The notes under the pieces: generated by a model
What the model was told of the DNA's origin: nothing
The model's database searches: none
The model's input: the letters and a program-made list of their open reading frames with translations, nothing else
Position numbers and translations under genes: made by a program
In this document: positions 26,701 to 41,700 of the stretch, piece after piece
Layout of the letters: every line of letters begins with the position of its first letter
Position numbering within the stretch: the first letter of the stretch is position 1
Source of the DNA: Octopus bimaculoides
Taxonomy: Eukaryota
NCBI RefSeq assembly: GCF_001194135.2
Contig: NC_068996.1
Span: forward strand, 38,084,935-38,148,934
DNA: 64,000 nt
Reading direction: 5' to 3'

Positions 26701-29700
26701 CATTAGGCATGGAGGAGCATTTTACAGAATATATCCATATCAAATGAGGAAGGCGTAAAAGGAAGTTGTGATTAGAAGCAAGAATATTGAAGATTTGGTA
26801 GAAATGAATGAATAAGTATGTATATTTAATGAGCAAACTAAGGCACTGGATCAGAAAGATGCTGGTGATAATGAAGACAATAATGAGTCTGCGCTGGTTT
26901 AAAAGACAGGACTGAAAAACCAGGTTGAAATAAAATAGTGGAATATAAATTGAAAGGATGTGAGGAAAAAATATAACAGCCAAAGGACTAAGCAGGAAGG
27001 GGAGAATGCAGATCCTGCAGAACAATAGAGAGAGGTAATTCAGAAAATAGTTGAGCAGGAACATGCCATTTTACTTACTGCTGTACTAGATCAAGAAAAA
27101 AAAGTAATTAATGCTAAGCATAATACAAAATGAAGAATTGTGATGTATATGAATGTGTACCCTCTATGTGTCAGAAAACACTAAGATAATAAAATGATAA
27201 TAAAAAGCCATCATGTAATTATGATGAAAATTAAAGTGATCTAAAAACAGACTCTTTTACATGTGGTCAGGAAGCTATAAGGTAAGGAGTTTAAAGTAAG
27301 AATTCATTAGAGTTGAACATTTAAGAATTTAGGATTGAATGTTAATCAATACACAAGAAAAATTATCATTGATTGACTTTATACATATCATCCATACCTC
27401 CAAAAGAAATAAAGGAAGAAAAGTCACTAAGGAAAAATGATGAGTTAAGTGAATAGGTCTGAATAAAAAAGACTGAGGTCAGATGTTGTAAGTATATTGA
27501 TGATCCAGATGTATCATTTGACATTTGTAGAATGAGTAACACTGGACAACACCCCTAAGTAAGGATGCTATTTGGAGCTAAGAAAGTATTGTCTAAGTTG
27601 AAATCTAAGGCAAGTTCTATATCTTTTCCAGCTTTGAGAAAATCTCAGAATTTAAATATAATCAGTTATTCTGATACCACTTATGTCAGTTTGGAAGATG
27701 GATCTTTGCAGAGTAGTTTTATCATATTCGTTGAAACTCATATGAACAAGATGGCTCCATTATGTTGATAATGAAACAATTGGATTGTGTAAAGTCCACT
27801 AATTTCAGAGACTCTTGCACTCAGTGAAGCAGCTGATGCTGGTGTCTTAATAGCTGCCCAGATTGCCAGAAGTGCTCTGCAAAAGTGACAACCCATCACT
27901 TGTAGAGACCGTTAATTTATCTAATCTTGTGAACATCTTAAGAGTTGTGACAAGAATAGAAAGAAATGATAAGCATTGAAGTTAAGATCGAATAGAATAG
28001 AGGTAATGAGATGATTTCAGACCATCTAACATAAGCAGGTGCTTCTTCTGACAATAAACAACTAATTATTGTGGTTTGAAGCTTTAGAAAAGTTCACTAT
28101 GTTAATATTAGGAAATTGATTTAAAGCCTAACACCAGCAAGGTGTTAATATTGAGTTGCCTCCCTTGGGATAAGAACTACCGACATCTGGGAAATAAATC
28201 CTGTGTTGTATGTTAAAGTATATATGAACATTAAACTGCTGTAAGAACTTCTTATTCTCTTGCACTGGTCGACTTAACAGCAGGTACGCTTCTCAGATTA
28301 TACTTGTATAGTTCAATGGTCGCTTTTAAACTTTTTCTTTGTTTTGAGGATAAGATATGTGAACTTTTATAAATCTTATTTTACATAAGCTTGTGATCTG
28401 AAAAAAGTAGTTTGTTAGCTAGCATTTTGTGTTGTTGTTCAACATAAGGTCAGCAATTTCTTTCTAAAACCTTATTTTTGTAAACATTATAACAGGAAGA
28501 GAAGTTGGTGCATATCGTACACAACTGGTATTTTTTTTCCAGGGTTTCATCTTCATCATTTGACTTCCATTTTTCATGATAGCATGGTTAGACTGTTTGT
28601 GATAGCCCAAGTTATTTCTTATTAGAAGCCGCCATTCTTATGAACGGGTGCTTGTACTTGTCATTTGACATGGATTCTATAGCTGGATGCCCTTCCTATG
28701 GCTAACCACCTTACTAAGTGCACTAGATGCTTTATCTTGTGATATCATAGCCCATTATTAGTGTTTCACATTATACATAAATATGTAAAAATAATATATG
28801 AATAAATTTGGTATTTTCTGTTCTACCTTCGGTTTATAATGTAATAATGCTTAGTAATTCATCATCTTTGTTATTTATATGAAATACTTAAAATGGAATT
28901 GAAAGATTTAATTGTGACACCTTTACTAATATTCTCCTCCAATGTTTAGGTTTACAATTTCTAATTAATTTTTTACCTTAATTTTTATCTTTTACTTGTT
29001 TCAATCATTAGACTGTGGTCACACTGGGGCACCACCTTGAGGGATTTTTAGTTGAATGAATTAACCCCAGTACTTTTTTTTTTTACCCTGATACTTATTC
29101 TGTCAGTTTCCTTTCCTGAATCACTAAGTCATAGGGATGTAAACACACCAGTACTGTTTCTCAAGTGGTGATGGATAACAAACACACACAAAGGCACACA
29201 CACACACGTGCATATATATATATATATATATATATANNNNNNNNNNNNNNNNNNNNNNNNNNNNNNNNNNNNNNNNNNNNNNNNNNNNNNNNNNNNNNNN
29301 NNNNNNNNNNNNNNNNNNNNNNNNNNNNNNNNNNNNNNNNNNNNNNNNNNNNNNNNNNNNNNNNNNNNNNNNNNNNNNNNNNNNNNNNNNNNNNNNNNNN
29401 NNNNNNNNNNNNNNNNNNNNNNNNNNNNNNNNNNNNNNNNNNNNNNNNNNNNNNNNNNNNNNNNNNNNNNNNNNNNNNNNNNNNNNNNNNNNNNNNNNNN
29501 NNNNNNNNNNNNNNNNNNNNNNNNNNNNNNNNNNNNNNNNNNNNNNNNNNNNNNNNNNNNNNNNNNNNNNNNNNNNNNNNNNNNNNNNNNNNNNNNNNNN
29601 NNNNNNNATATCTTATTTTTGCTTATTTTAACTTTTATTGATTGTTTTTTTTTCTTTTTTCTTTTTGCTCTGTTTTCTAAAAATAGGGCATCAGATTGGA

Positions 29701-32700
29701 AACTTGATGCTCCTGACTGGACTGGAAGATTGAGAGTTACTTATAAGGGCAAAGAACTTACATTGAAGTTAGAAGACAAAGTATCAGGTGTCAGGAATTT
29801 TATACTTTACATTTTCAAAATGAACCTACAAATATAAGCTTACAATACATAAATATAGGATTTAAAAGAAGAAAAAAAAAAAGCATTGTAAAATATATTA
29901 TCAAACTGGATTACTGATATTTTCTTCAGTAGTCTAGAAAAAAAAAAAATCTATCCTAAGCTTATTTGTATGTTATATATTTGAACCCTGTTTATTTTGT
30001 TTTATTTGTGTTTCTGTAAGATTTGTGTGTGTGTTCCCATTTTTTATGGGTAATGTGCTTTATTAGAGTATGGGAAGATCATGTATTAATAAATTAAGTA
30101 GTGGGTTTTGAGTTCAAATTCTGCCAAGGTCGACTTTGCCTTTCATCTTTTCAGAGTTGATAAAATAAGTACCAGTTATGTACTGGGGTCAATATCATTG
30201 ACTTACCCCACCTCCCTCCAAATTGCTGGCCTTGTGTCAAAATTTGAAACCGATTAATTAAGAAGTGGGTTTGAGGACATACCATCATGGTACTCCATTC
30301 AGGAACCTGAAAATACCAATTGTGCTGTTGTATTTTACATTAGCTTATGATCTGAGAAAAGTAGTTTGTTAGCAAGCATTTTATGTTGTTGTTCAGCCCA
30401 AGGTCAGCTTTGAGCAGACTTATCATATGTAGGTAATCAGTCAAATGATAGTGCAATTCACAAATAGAAAACTCCAGATATACCATTCCTCCACTTGGTA
30501 GTGGACCATATTGTTAGATTATGAAATATGTTTCATCATATAGGCAGCAATCTGACAACGTTGCTTCTTTTGCAATATCCAGTTTCTGTTAAATTTACAG
30601 AACTTGCTAAATCCACCACACTCTGAGCACAGCGTGTCCTGTTCCTCTATACTTACTTCAGGTATTGAATATTCTAGAAGTATGTTTGGAGTAAATAAAA
30701 TAAGTTTCTTGATATTATTTTTGTATGTATGTTCTTTTTTTTTTATGTTTGCCTGGACCATGTGGGAGAGATTTTTTCTTAATTACTTTTCTGAGATGTT
30801 GTAGATGTCTGATAGATTCTACATGTAGTAGCAAGTTCTGTAGGGAATTGAAACTTTCTGCAGCAATAAATTATAGGATTTGCATATCCAGGTCACCTTT
30901 CATTTTGAATACTTTTGTTCTATTGCATGTACGGGTTGTGTGCAGCCTGTGATTATGTTTTCTTGGTTCAGTTTATGATTATTTTTTGTAATTTGTTTTG
31001 AAGAGAGGAGTGACATAATCCATTATAGATTAGGTATATTCTTTGAACAATTTGTGTCATTTAAATGTGATGTCTGTGATTGCTAGATATGTATGCATGT
31101 GTTGTTTTGCTTTCTTTATTAGGTCTTGTACTTGTGCTATAAATGCTGCATAAGGGATGTACATAATTCATTGTATTTTTGTCTTCTGTAGTATCTTTTT
31201 TTTTCTAACTTTATGAGAATATTTGATGCTTTTTGATGTAAAGTTAAGGTAACTATGCAACTGAGTTTAGAGAATGTTGGGAAACTATGGTTGTCGTTAC
31301 TAATTTATAAGGCTGTGTTGTTTGGGTGTGTACATGTAAGTTACTAATGAAACCTCTGTACTTAAACTTTTGACAAAAAATATCTCACTGTTTCAAAAAG
31401 AAAGATACTGGATAATGCAGTTCCAAGGCAGCAAATTATCAGAGTCACTGGAACATCTGGTAGAATTATTTGCAGTATTTGTTTCAAGTCTTTGCGCTCT
31501 AAGTCCAAATACTGCCATGGCCAACTTTGACTTCCATCATTTTTGGAATTGATAAAGTACTGTGAACTGTTTCCCTTCCTGCTCCCTTCCTCTCTCTGGA
31601 TTGGCTACATTGAAAGGGCCTCTCAAAGAACATTCCCTAATTTTTGAAAATTGTACAAGATTAGTTAATTGTAACATGGCTAAATTCCTGTTAAATTTGA
31701 TGGTACAGTATTCATTATCATCATCATCATCATCATCATCATTTAACATCTGTTTTCCATGCTGGCATGGATTGGATGGTTTGACAGGAGCTGGCCACCC
31801 AGGAAGCTGTTCAAATTCCAATCATTTGCTGTGACATGATTTCTATGTCTGGATGCCCTTCCTAACACGTACCACTTTACAGAGTGTGCTGAGTGCTTTT
31901 TACGTGCCTAAACTACTTTGTCAAGCAAAGAAAAGTGTAGTAAAAGCTTAACTTGATTTGAATTCAAAATCAATATAAAACAATTTGTTATAAAATTTAA
32001 AGTAGCATTTTGCCACTGTTCAAGCTGATCTAATCTATTCCTTTGATATGAGACTGTGTTCATCCTAAATGTGTAGACTCAGGATAGCTTGTCAAGTAAT
32101 GTGACATATCCAGATATTTCGTAATAGACTGTTGTATTGACAGGTCATGTGCAAGATGAAGACACTTCCTTTTTGATGCTGTTACTGTATTGTATGTTAA
32201 AAACACAGTTGCTATACTGACATAGTCATGACTTCTTTTACTTTTATCCTTTACCTTTTACTTGTTTTGCTCATTAGTCTGCAGCCTTGCTAGGGCACGG
32301 CCATGAAGAATTTTAGTCAAACAAATCAACCCCAATGCTTTCTTTTTTTAAGCCTGGTACTTATCTTATTTTGCTGAACTGCTAAGTGAGAGGACATATT
32401 TTTACATCCCTGTAACAACCAGTGTTGGTTGTCAAGCAGTGATAGGGGACAAATGCAGACACGCACACACATGCACACACACGACAGGCTTCTTTAAGTT
32501 TCCATCTACCAAATCTACTCACAAGGCTTTGGTTCTGCTTGAGGCTATAGTAGAAGACACTTACCCAAAGTGCTATGCAGTGGGACTAAACTCCCGGAAC
32601 CATGTGGTTGGGAGACTAGCACAAACACTTTCCTCCTTGGAGACTGCAAAAGAAGACCATGTGACTGACACAATTTCTTACATCTATCATTAAAATTACA

Positions 32701-35700
32701 AACCTGGATCTTTTGTTTCTGAACTTAAGATTATACCCATATATCTATCTTTTATCTTTTACTTGTTTCAGTTATTAGGCTGCGACCATGCTAGAGCACT
32801 GCTCTGAATAATTTTTAGTTGAATGAATTGACTCCAGTACTTAATGTTTTTTAAAGCCTGATACTTATTCTGTCAGTGTCTTTTGCAAAATTGCGAAGTT
32901 ACAGGGACATTAACAAACCAACACCAGTTGTGAAGTGGTGGTGGCTAACACACACTCGCAGGGTCCTTTCAGTTTCTACCTTCGAAGTCCACTCACAAAG
33001 TTTTGGTTGGCCCAAGGATATAGTAGAATACGCTTGTCCAAGGTGCCACACAGTAGGACTGAACCGGGAACCATGTGATTGAGAAGCAAGCTTCTTACCA
33101 CACAGTCACATGTGCACCTATTTATCATAGTAATATTCATTTGTTATATTTTCAAGCTCAGTAGTCCTTGTCTGGTCAACATTATAAACAGATTTGTATA
33201 TTTAGAGTATGTGGTTATTGAGTAGGATACTCTTAGTAACACTAATTTCTATCTTATGAACTAAGATTATTTTGAATATAAGTGTAATAGATGTAGACCT
33301 ATAAAGTAAATTGTCATGTTGTCCAGCTCCATAATTACTGTATGTTTAAATGTTGTATTTGATTTTATTAGGTGAAGAATTTGCAAAATGTCCAGTTGAT
33401 GCCTACCCTGGTGTAGCAATCGAGCCTGTGATGGATTCCAGTAGATACTTTGTGATTCGAATCAAAGAAGCGGGTAAGGAACATCAAAATTTACAGTTAT
33501 TACAAAGGATTTTATATCAAAAGAAAAAACGTTTTCAAATTTTTTTGATATTCAATAATTTGCTATTTGACAAACTATTGTATTTAAATGTTGTTTTTTT
33601 TTTTTTTTCTAACTTTATATTCCAATTGAGTTTACATATTGGATATATTTTGAAATTTTAATAGCCTAAGAAGTCATTGACATCATTATCATTAATGATT
33701 ATTTTATCTGTCTTTACATTTTAGTCTTGGTTTGATGTGTTTAAGACACATCTCATCTCCAATTCTTTTCATCACGTGTCATCTCTTTTCTGATGCCTCG
33801 TGTTTTGCTTCTGAATCTTAAACCCTCCACTGTCAATTCTTGGCACTTTCGTCTCCCAGTTTAATCATCTGATCACTTTACATACCAGTGTAGTTGCTTC
33901 TCATGCATACTTCAGCTGATACCTCTGTTGCAAAACTGCTTGTCAACTCAGATGCCCATGGCCCATAAGTAATTGACATTATACATCCAATGGTCCAATG
34001 GGATGTTTTTGTTTTAATGAAAGAAGTTTCCTTTCTAAACCAATACTAACCTGTCAAAATCAGAATCTTTAGCTGGTGATTGAATTATAGACTCTTCTGC
34101 ATAGTGCTCTATACCACAACTCCTCTTTGCTTATGTCTTTCCCACAGGTATTCACTTGCAATGATTCAAGAGGAACATTTACAGCATCTGTTTCCCTGGT
34201 CTCGGAGGGCCTGCAAAGACCATGGGCACTGTCCCTTCCTCCAGACCCAACAAGTAAAAAAAATAAAAGATTTTATTTATTACACCATTGTCCTATAAAT
34301 AGGACAATTTTGTTAAACCTATTCTTCTATCTTTGCTGCTAAATTTGTCTAACATCTACACCTGACTGGTTTGTTTTTTTTTACTACCTTTCAAATCATT
34401 AGATGCAAGGAGTACCTTTTACTACTAATATAATTCTAATTCATTGTCACCTACACTTATATTGTTTTAAACAGCTATGCTTATTTAAAGCTTAACTATT
34501 TGTCTGAAATCAAATTCTTTCATATTTCATTATTTGCTTTCAGAACGAAGTGCTTTCATTGGAATTGGTTTTACAGATAGAAGTGATTCATTTGATCTTA
34601 ATGTTGCTCTACAGGATCATTTTAAGTAAGTTTCTAACTTTCAAATATCCTTTATTTCATTTTAGCTGTCTGATATAAATTATTTTTAACCCTTTAACTA
34701 TATCTGGCTCAGATATTGTATCTGTTTTATGTTCAGACTGATTGAATTTGGCCTCTCATATCTACCCTACGTCATTTAAAAAAAAATAACCAATCACAAT
34801 ATTGAAATTTTGAAGCTACAAAATAATGCATGAGTAGTTCAAAACAATGTGAATAAATAAGCATTACATTTGACAGAGTATGCTAAATATGCTAAAGGTT
34901 AAAACCATTTTAGATAAAAAGCATATTTGTATATGTAAAATGTATGTATTTGGCTGTAGAAAATCTTGGAGTATTTACTATCAAGTTCTTAGCAAACTAG
35001 TAGAGATATAAGAGCAACCATGGGTTTTTACAGAGTCAATGCCTTTTCCTTATTCTATTAGGATGTAGCAGAATTAATATCTGAGTACAATAACGCTAGT
35101 TATTTGATAAATAAATTTCTCTTATCAGTTGAGAAATTTCTGTTGAAAAGATTCAAAATTAAGTGAAATAATGAGAGTGAAAACAAAATACATCCAATTA
35201 TATGGAACCATCACTTTAAGTCCCTATAGAGTAACTTCAGAAAAGACTACAGATACATTTACAGTCAAATACTGATACTAATTTATTTAAAGGTAGAGAA
35301 ATAATTTTTTTTAATTCTCAAACGCGTGATAATGCTAATAAATAGCGTGATCAGGATAAATTATCCATACATTGCGGAAAAATACGTTACCAGCCAATCC
35401 TGATCACATTATTTATTAGCATTATCATGCGTTTGAGAATAAAAAAAATTATTTCTCTACCTTTCAATACATCTCAACGCTTCTAAAACAAGCTTTGTTT
35501 GTTTACTTTCATCCTAAGTTGAACTAATTTATTTGTAATACATGCATTATTGTCTTGCTACTCACTAAAACAGCATACTATTAATTCCCCCATGCAATAA
35601 TCAAATCAATTGTGCAGTAACTCTTCCAGAGCAATGCTCTCAACTTTGATGATAGTGATAAATACTATCATTATTGATCATGGTGCTGCCTTATTAACTG

Positions 35701-38700
35701 CAAAAATATGCTCATAAAAAAAAACCCAACTCTAAATACTCTTTCCATCTTTATTCTTTCCTTAATTTACATGACTGGTGATGGTGGTGATTGCAATGAT
35801 GACAATTACCTTAATTGCACACTACAATTTTTATGCATTTTGATGCTCATCATTGTTATATTTACAATGAAAACAAAAGCAACAGTAGCAATCTAGACTC
35901 TAAGTAGTCAAAGATTACGAGGCTGCTTTTGATATTAGTTTGGAGTTTTTGCCTGGAATTTACATTTCTGATTTTCAGCCTCTCTCTTTTAGAGTTGCAT
36001 ATGCTACTACAATAAAATTGTTATTGATGTGCATTATATAAATTGTGGTAGTACTATATTTTACTCTAATGATCTTCTACACAAAATAAGTAATAGGAAT
36101 TCAGCAACAGTTCATTGTTGGGAACGCCTTTAGATTGGAGATCAGTTTCATTATATCTTTTATTTAATCAATTATTAATCATTTTAAAATTTAGCTAATA
36201 GGACTGTCCACACCTGAATAGTAATTTCATTATTTTCTTGCCTAGTGGATACTATTGGTATATTCTGCATTTTATCCAATGCCTTTTTCTTACTCTTATT
36301 TTCTTTAAATAAAAAGAAAAAAAGGTATGTGTATTTCATTCTAATAATTTATTTGACTGCATCTCATGCTGATGTAAGATTTAGACTTGTTCATCATTTG
36401 CCATTCCTGGGTTTTATTAAGTATTTTAACAAAAACTTATTGTGCTTGTTACAAACCATTAAGAAGGCCTCATAGGCCAGGACGGATTTCTGTTAGTACA
36501 AAAAACAAGAGAGGCTACTTAGTTCTAAAATGATTGGTCATATTTCATTCCCTAAATTGAACTACATCACGTGTCAGCCGTCACAGACAGCTATGTTAAA
36601 CAAACACTGAAGCAATATTAAAAGTACAAAGGAATGTATTTAATATGACTAGAGCACTTGTCACTCCCTTGTGGTCTGATTCAGAAGAAGCATCTAAAGT
36701 ATTTATAGGTGTAGAAATATTGAGTCCAGGTGTGTTTTGAAGCATCATTTGTTCTGGAGACTCAGTTACTTCTGGTTTAGGCACAAGATTAGAAGAAACA
36801 TTACCACAAAGTACAAGGTGGTTTAATGATACGGTACGCTCCCTACCATCAGGGAATCTGAAGAGTTCTACTTCCTTTACTAAAGGAATATATTTACTCT
36901 GATGGTTAGGACATTTCAGAAACACCTTGTTACCCAGGGAAGAGAGCCATGACAGGATGGGCTGCTCACTTAGAGATTTATGCTGATACTTAGAAAGATG
37001 TTCATCTGGAGTGCAATTTGTTGAAATTAAGAGAAGAGAATAGATTGAAAGGAGTGCATCTGGAAGAACAAGTTCCCATTCTGAGGGTTTCAGTTGTTTT
37101 AATTTCAGAGCCAGTGATATTGTTCACCAAATTATTTCATTATATTGTTCTATTTATCCATTCCCTTCTGGATTCTGAGAAGTATTTCTGCTACTAGCTG
37201 ATGCAAGAATCCTTCAATATGGAAATCCTCCAATTGAGAAGAGTTTTGATAAGCACTTTATAATAATTCTGGTGGTCATATCTGCTCATTGGAAGCATAT
37301 ACATTATGTTATATTGAAAACAAGTGAATTCTATATATCAACACTTTTCTCATTCTTTATTTTACTACTCCATCTATTTTCACGCATAGAAGCAAGTGAT
37401 TTCTGAACTGGTACCAACTGGAAATGGTGGCCAAGTAGATAGTGTCTCAACCTCTTTAGACATTCCACAATGGTATAGGCTTCTCTTTTCACAAAAGAAT
37501 ATTTCTGCTCATGAACTGATAGTGTTCTTGTATAGAAAGTCACTGTGCATCCTTTCCAACATGTAGTGGCAGCAATGGTACAGCAGGATCAATAAGCTTT
37601 CACAGCAAATTTGGCAATGACCTTCTTTAGACTTTCAAAAACTTGCAGTGCTGAAAAGGAGAGGGGAAAGCATTTAGTAGTAACTAAAGGATTGAATTTC
37701 CCAGAAAATTTCAGAATCCAATCTGCATAGCAAACTAACAAGGCCGTTGCACACTTCATAGATGTCTTGTCTTTGGGTTAAGGAAGATTGGGTAGTGGTC
37801 CCTTATATTCTGGATCTAGTCTAATCAATCCAGTTATTAACCTATTTGGCTACATGATCATGTAGCAAAACAAGTTGATACATTTAGAAGAGAATATGCA
37901 CTTTGTTTAAAGTATGATTGTATTTGCTAACTACATCTAAGAAATTCCTCAAGTTGTGATAATGGACTTTCTGGTTATGTCCAGTATATCCAAAGGTGGT
38001 TGTGAGTGCTTTTTCAATCATGTCATCAATTATATGTTGAAGGTTACCAACATTGTTAGTAATTCCAAAAGGAATCTGTATGAATTAGTACAAGCAATGA
38101 CCAGCTTCCACTTCATGGTAAGCACATCATAGGTCCAGTCTACTGAAGGCATTATATTGTGCCATTTCCATGACCATTTTCAATATTTGATACAAGGTGG
38201 GTATCTAGCAATGTATAGTGGTTTATTGTCTGAGAATAATCAATGATCAAACATTTCTTATGGTTATCACTAGATGTAACCAATACCTCAAACTTCCAAG
38301 GAGACTTACTTGGCTCAATAATACCATCCTTTAGTAAACGTCTTAGCTCAGAGATTAAAAGTTTCTGGTCGTTCAAAGAATGTCATCTTGATTTTGCAGT
38401 CAGTTGTGAGATTATCAAACAAATACCGAGAAGAAATACCTAGCCAAAGATAAACCTCTGTACCTAGCTTTTGTTGACATGGAGAAAGCCTTTGACAGGG
38501 TCCCCCGATCACTTATCTGGTGGTCAGTGCAGAAACTAGGGATAGATGAGTGGTTAATGAGAGCTGCACAGGGTTGCTTTCAGTAAGGTGAGGGTTGGCA
38601 ATGAGCATAGTGAAGAATTCCGGGTAGGAGTCCACCAAGGATCAGTCCTCAGCCTCCTCCTATTCATCATAGTCCTCCAGGTAATAACAGGAATTCAAGA

Positions 38701-41700
38701 AAGGATGTCCCTGGGAACTTCTCTAAACTAATGACCTTGCTCTAATAGCTGAGTCACTATCAGAACTAGAGGAGAAGTTTCAGGTGGGGAAGCAAGGTCT
38801 AGAATCATAGGGCCTGAGAGTCAAACTAGCAAAAACCAAAGTCTTAATAAGTAGGAAGACAGACAAATCACAAACCCCTTCAGGTAGATGGCCCTGCTTG
38901 ATCTATAGAAAAGCATAGGTGGAAACACCATAAGATGTACCCGGTGTAAGCTATGGACACATAAGAGGTGCAGCAATATCAAAGGAATGCTTACTGGGAA
39001 GATAGTTTTTGTGTGTGGTAAATGCTCAGGGGCAATAAACTCTGAAAATAGCAGAAAACAGCTTCCGTCACATGCCAGGAGAAAAAGTAGAAGTAGTTGA
39101 TAGCTTTCATTACCTAGAGGACCAAGTCAATAGAAGGGGTGGTTGCTCTGAAAGTGTAGCTGCTAGAATAAGAATAGCCTGGGCAAAGTTCAGAGAGCTC
39201 TTACCTCTGCTGGTGACAAAGGGCCTCTCGTTCAGTGTAAAAGGTAGACTGTATGACGCATGTGTGTGAACAGCCATGCTACATGGCAGTGAAACATGGG
39301 CTGTGATTGCTGAGTATATACATAAGCTTGCAAGGAATGAAACTAGTGTGCTCCACTGGATGTGTAATGTCAGTGTGCATACACGACAGAGTGGACATAA
39401 GAAGCATTAGATGTGGAATGCAAGAGAGTCGACTGCACTGGTATGGTCATGTGTTACGAATGTATGAGGACAGCTGTGTGAAGTGTCACACTCTAGCACT
39501 AGAGAGAACCTGTGGGTGTGGTAGACCCAGGAAAACCTGGGATGAAGTGGTGAAGCACAACCTTCGAACGTTAGGCCTTACAGAGGTGATGACAAATGAC
39601 TGAGACCTTTGGAGATATGCTGTGCTTGAGAAGACCCAGCAAGCCAAGTAAGACCATAACCATGGCTTATGCCAGTACAGCATAACCAGCCCATTTAAGA
39701 GTATCCTTCAATCATTGGGCAATAAACCGCGCTTGCAAAGACCTGTTGAGTCAAGTGAAGTCATTGTCATGGCCAATGACTGTACTACCTGATTGGCATC
39801 CATGCCAGGGACACATAAAAAGCATCATTCGAATGTGATTGATGCCAGTGCTGCCTGACTGATCCTGTGCCGGTGGCACATAAAAAGAACCATTCGAGTG
39901 TGGTCGTTGCCACTACTGCCTAACTGGCTCCCATGCCAGTGGCACATAAAAAAGCACCATTCGAGTGTGGTCGATGCCAATACTGCCTGACTGGTCCTCG
40001 CGTCAGTGGCACGTAAAAAGTACCTACTACACTCTTGGAGTGGTTGGCGTTAGGAAGGCCATCCAGCTGTAGAAACTTTGCCAGATCAGATTGGAGCCTG
40101 GAGCAGCCCTCAGTCAAACCGTCCAACCCATGCCAGCATGGAAATCGGACGTTAAACGATGAAAATGATGATGATGATGAAAAGATGGTGGGACAGAAGC
40201 AGTAGTAAGACTACAGACAGTCAGAGTAAGCTTAGTCCTTCAAAATAGTGTCTCAGTAGAAGAGTAATGTTTAAGGATGTTTTATTCCAGGATGACATTA
40301 AAACGAAAACTAGGGATGACAGTGAATGTAAGACAGTCATAATCATTTGAAAATTCTACACTAACTTGAAACTCCACTAACCTTAGAAGTAAGAGAGGTA
40401 GATGACATTGAGATCTAACCGTCTGTAGAATTTACCTGTCACTGGTGTCTGTTTATTAGTTTCTTAAGGGAGCTTTCCAAGTTTCTTGTCTTCTTATGCT
40501 TTGGATTTCCTTGGATATCCATAACAGGACATGACATACAATGAGGTGAAGCAGAGTGTAGATCTGTTGTGAATACCACCAAAGATGTAGATTGAGATTG
40601 GCATACCTTGGTGTAATGTCCCTTCTTATCACAATCATTACATAATATTTCGGTAGGACATTTTGATCATGGATATCACTTTGACTCACAGAAGTAAAAT
40701 TTGGGGTAAACAGCTGCAACTGATGAGGGGTGATCTGGATGCATATAAGAATAATTTTCCTGCTGAGTCTTTGGAACTTCAACATTGGCTGCATTAACTG
40801 AGAGAGGTTGTGTAAAAGATACAGAATATTTTGCAGCTATTTCCAGAGTATATGCAATCTGTAGATCTAGTGATTTATTTTCAAGTAAACATTGTCTTAC
40901 CTGCAAGTAAGAAAGGCAATTAACAAAAGACATTCCTTATACAGTCATCCTAGTATTGCTCAGCAATTACTGCTTTAAAGTTGCAATCCTTTGCTAAGAG
41001 CGAAGCCAAAGCTTATTCATTTTTTTGGTTTGATGTATATAGCCGGCAGAATATTAATAGCAGTATCATATATAGACACATCAGCAATATATTCAAACAA
41101 TTTTAGTGATACATAATTGATTAAGAGTTTCAGCTTGTAATCTTGTCCTTCGACTGGTAGCAATGCAATAAAGTTTTGAAATGTTTTCTGCCAGTGTAGC
41201 CACTGTTCAACAGCATGTGTGTCACTGAGGTTAGCATCCAAATGTTCATGGCAGAGGAAACTTTTTATAATAAAATGTTGAATAAATTGAAATAAAATTA
41301 AGATTTATTTAACATCTACCATTCTCAGATTTTATTCTATATTTTAACAAAGTACTTGCTACTAACTGGAGGATGGCATCAAAACAAGACAGATTTCTAA
41401 TAGTACAACAAACAAGGGAGGCTACTTAGTACTATAATGACATGATAGTACAGCTATAAAAGAACAGTTAAATGTTAACTATCTTGTTTGTATTTTTCCA
41501 GGTGGGTGTTATAATTCGACTGGAGTTACCTAGATGTACATTTATCAATCATTCATACGAATTATTGAACCTGGGAATCTCCTTCATAATTTTCATTATT
41601 ACATTTATTTTATTGTTCATTTAGATCTTTTTAAAAGTACAAGGGTTTTATACGCTTGTACATTTTATTGAAATAAGCATTATGCTTTCATGTTATTATG

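Larger units (their letters stand above)
36374..41466 (-). mobile_element. Decayed Ty3/Gypsy LTR retrotransposon in NECAP intron 4
   Basis: gag ([13 protein letters not shown]), RT ([19 protein letters not shown]), RNase H ([20 protein letters not shown]), integrase tail ([12 protein letters not shown]); diverged LTR-like direct repeats ~36374-36600 and ~41297-41466. Confidence 0.85.

Noticed and set aside
28378-30408. ~80-bp direct repeat flanking NECAP exon 2 (28378-28456, 30330-30408)
   Set aside because: Partly an ordinary repeat tail; no sign of exon duplication.
39767-40022. Regularly spaced repeats as a CRISPR-like array
   Set aside because: Whole-unit tandem repeats without unique spacers, inside a LINE 3' UTR in a eukaryotic genome.
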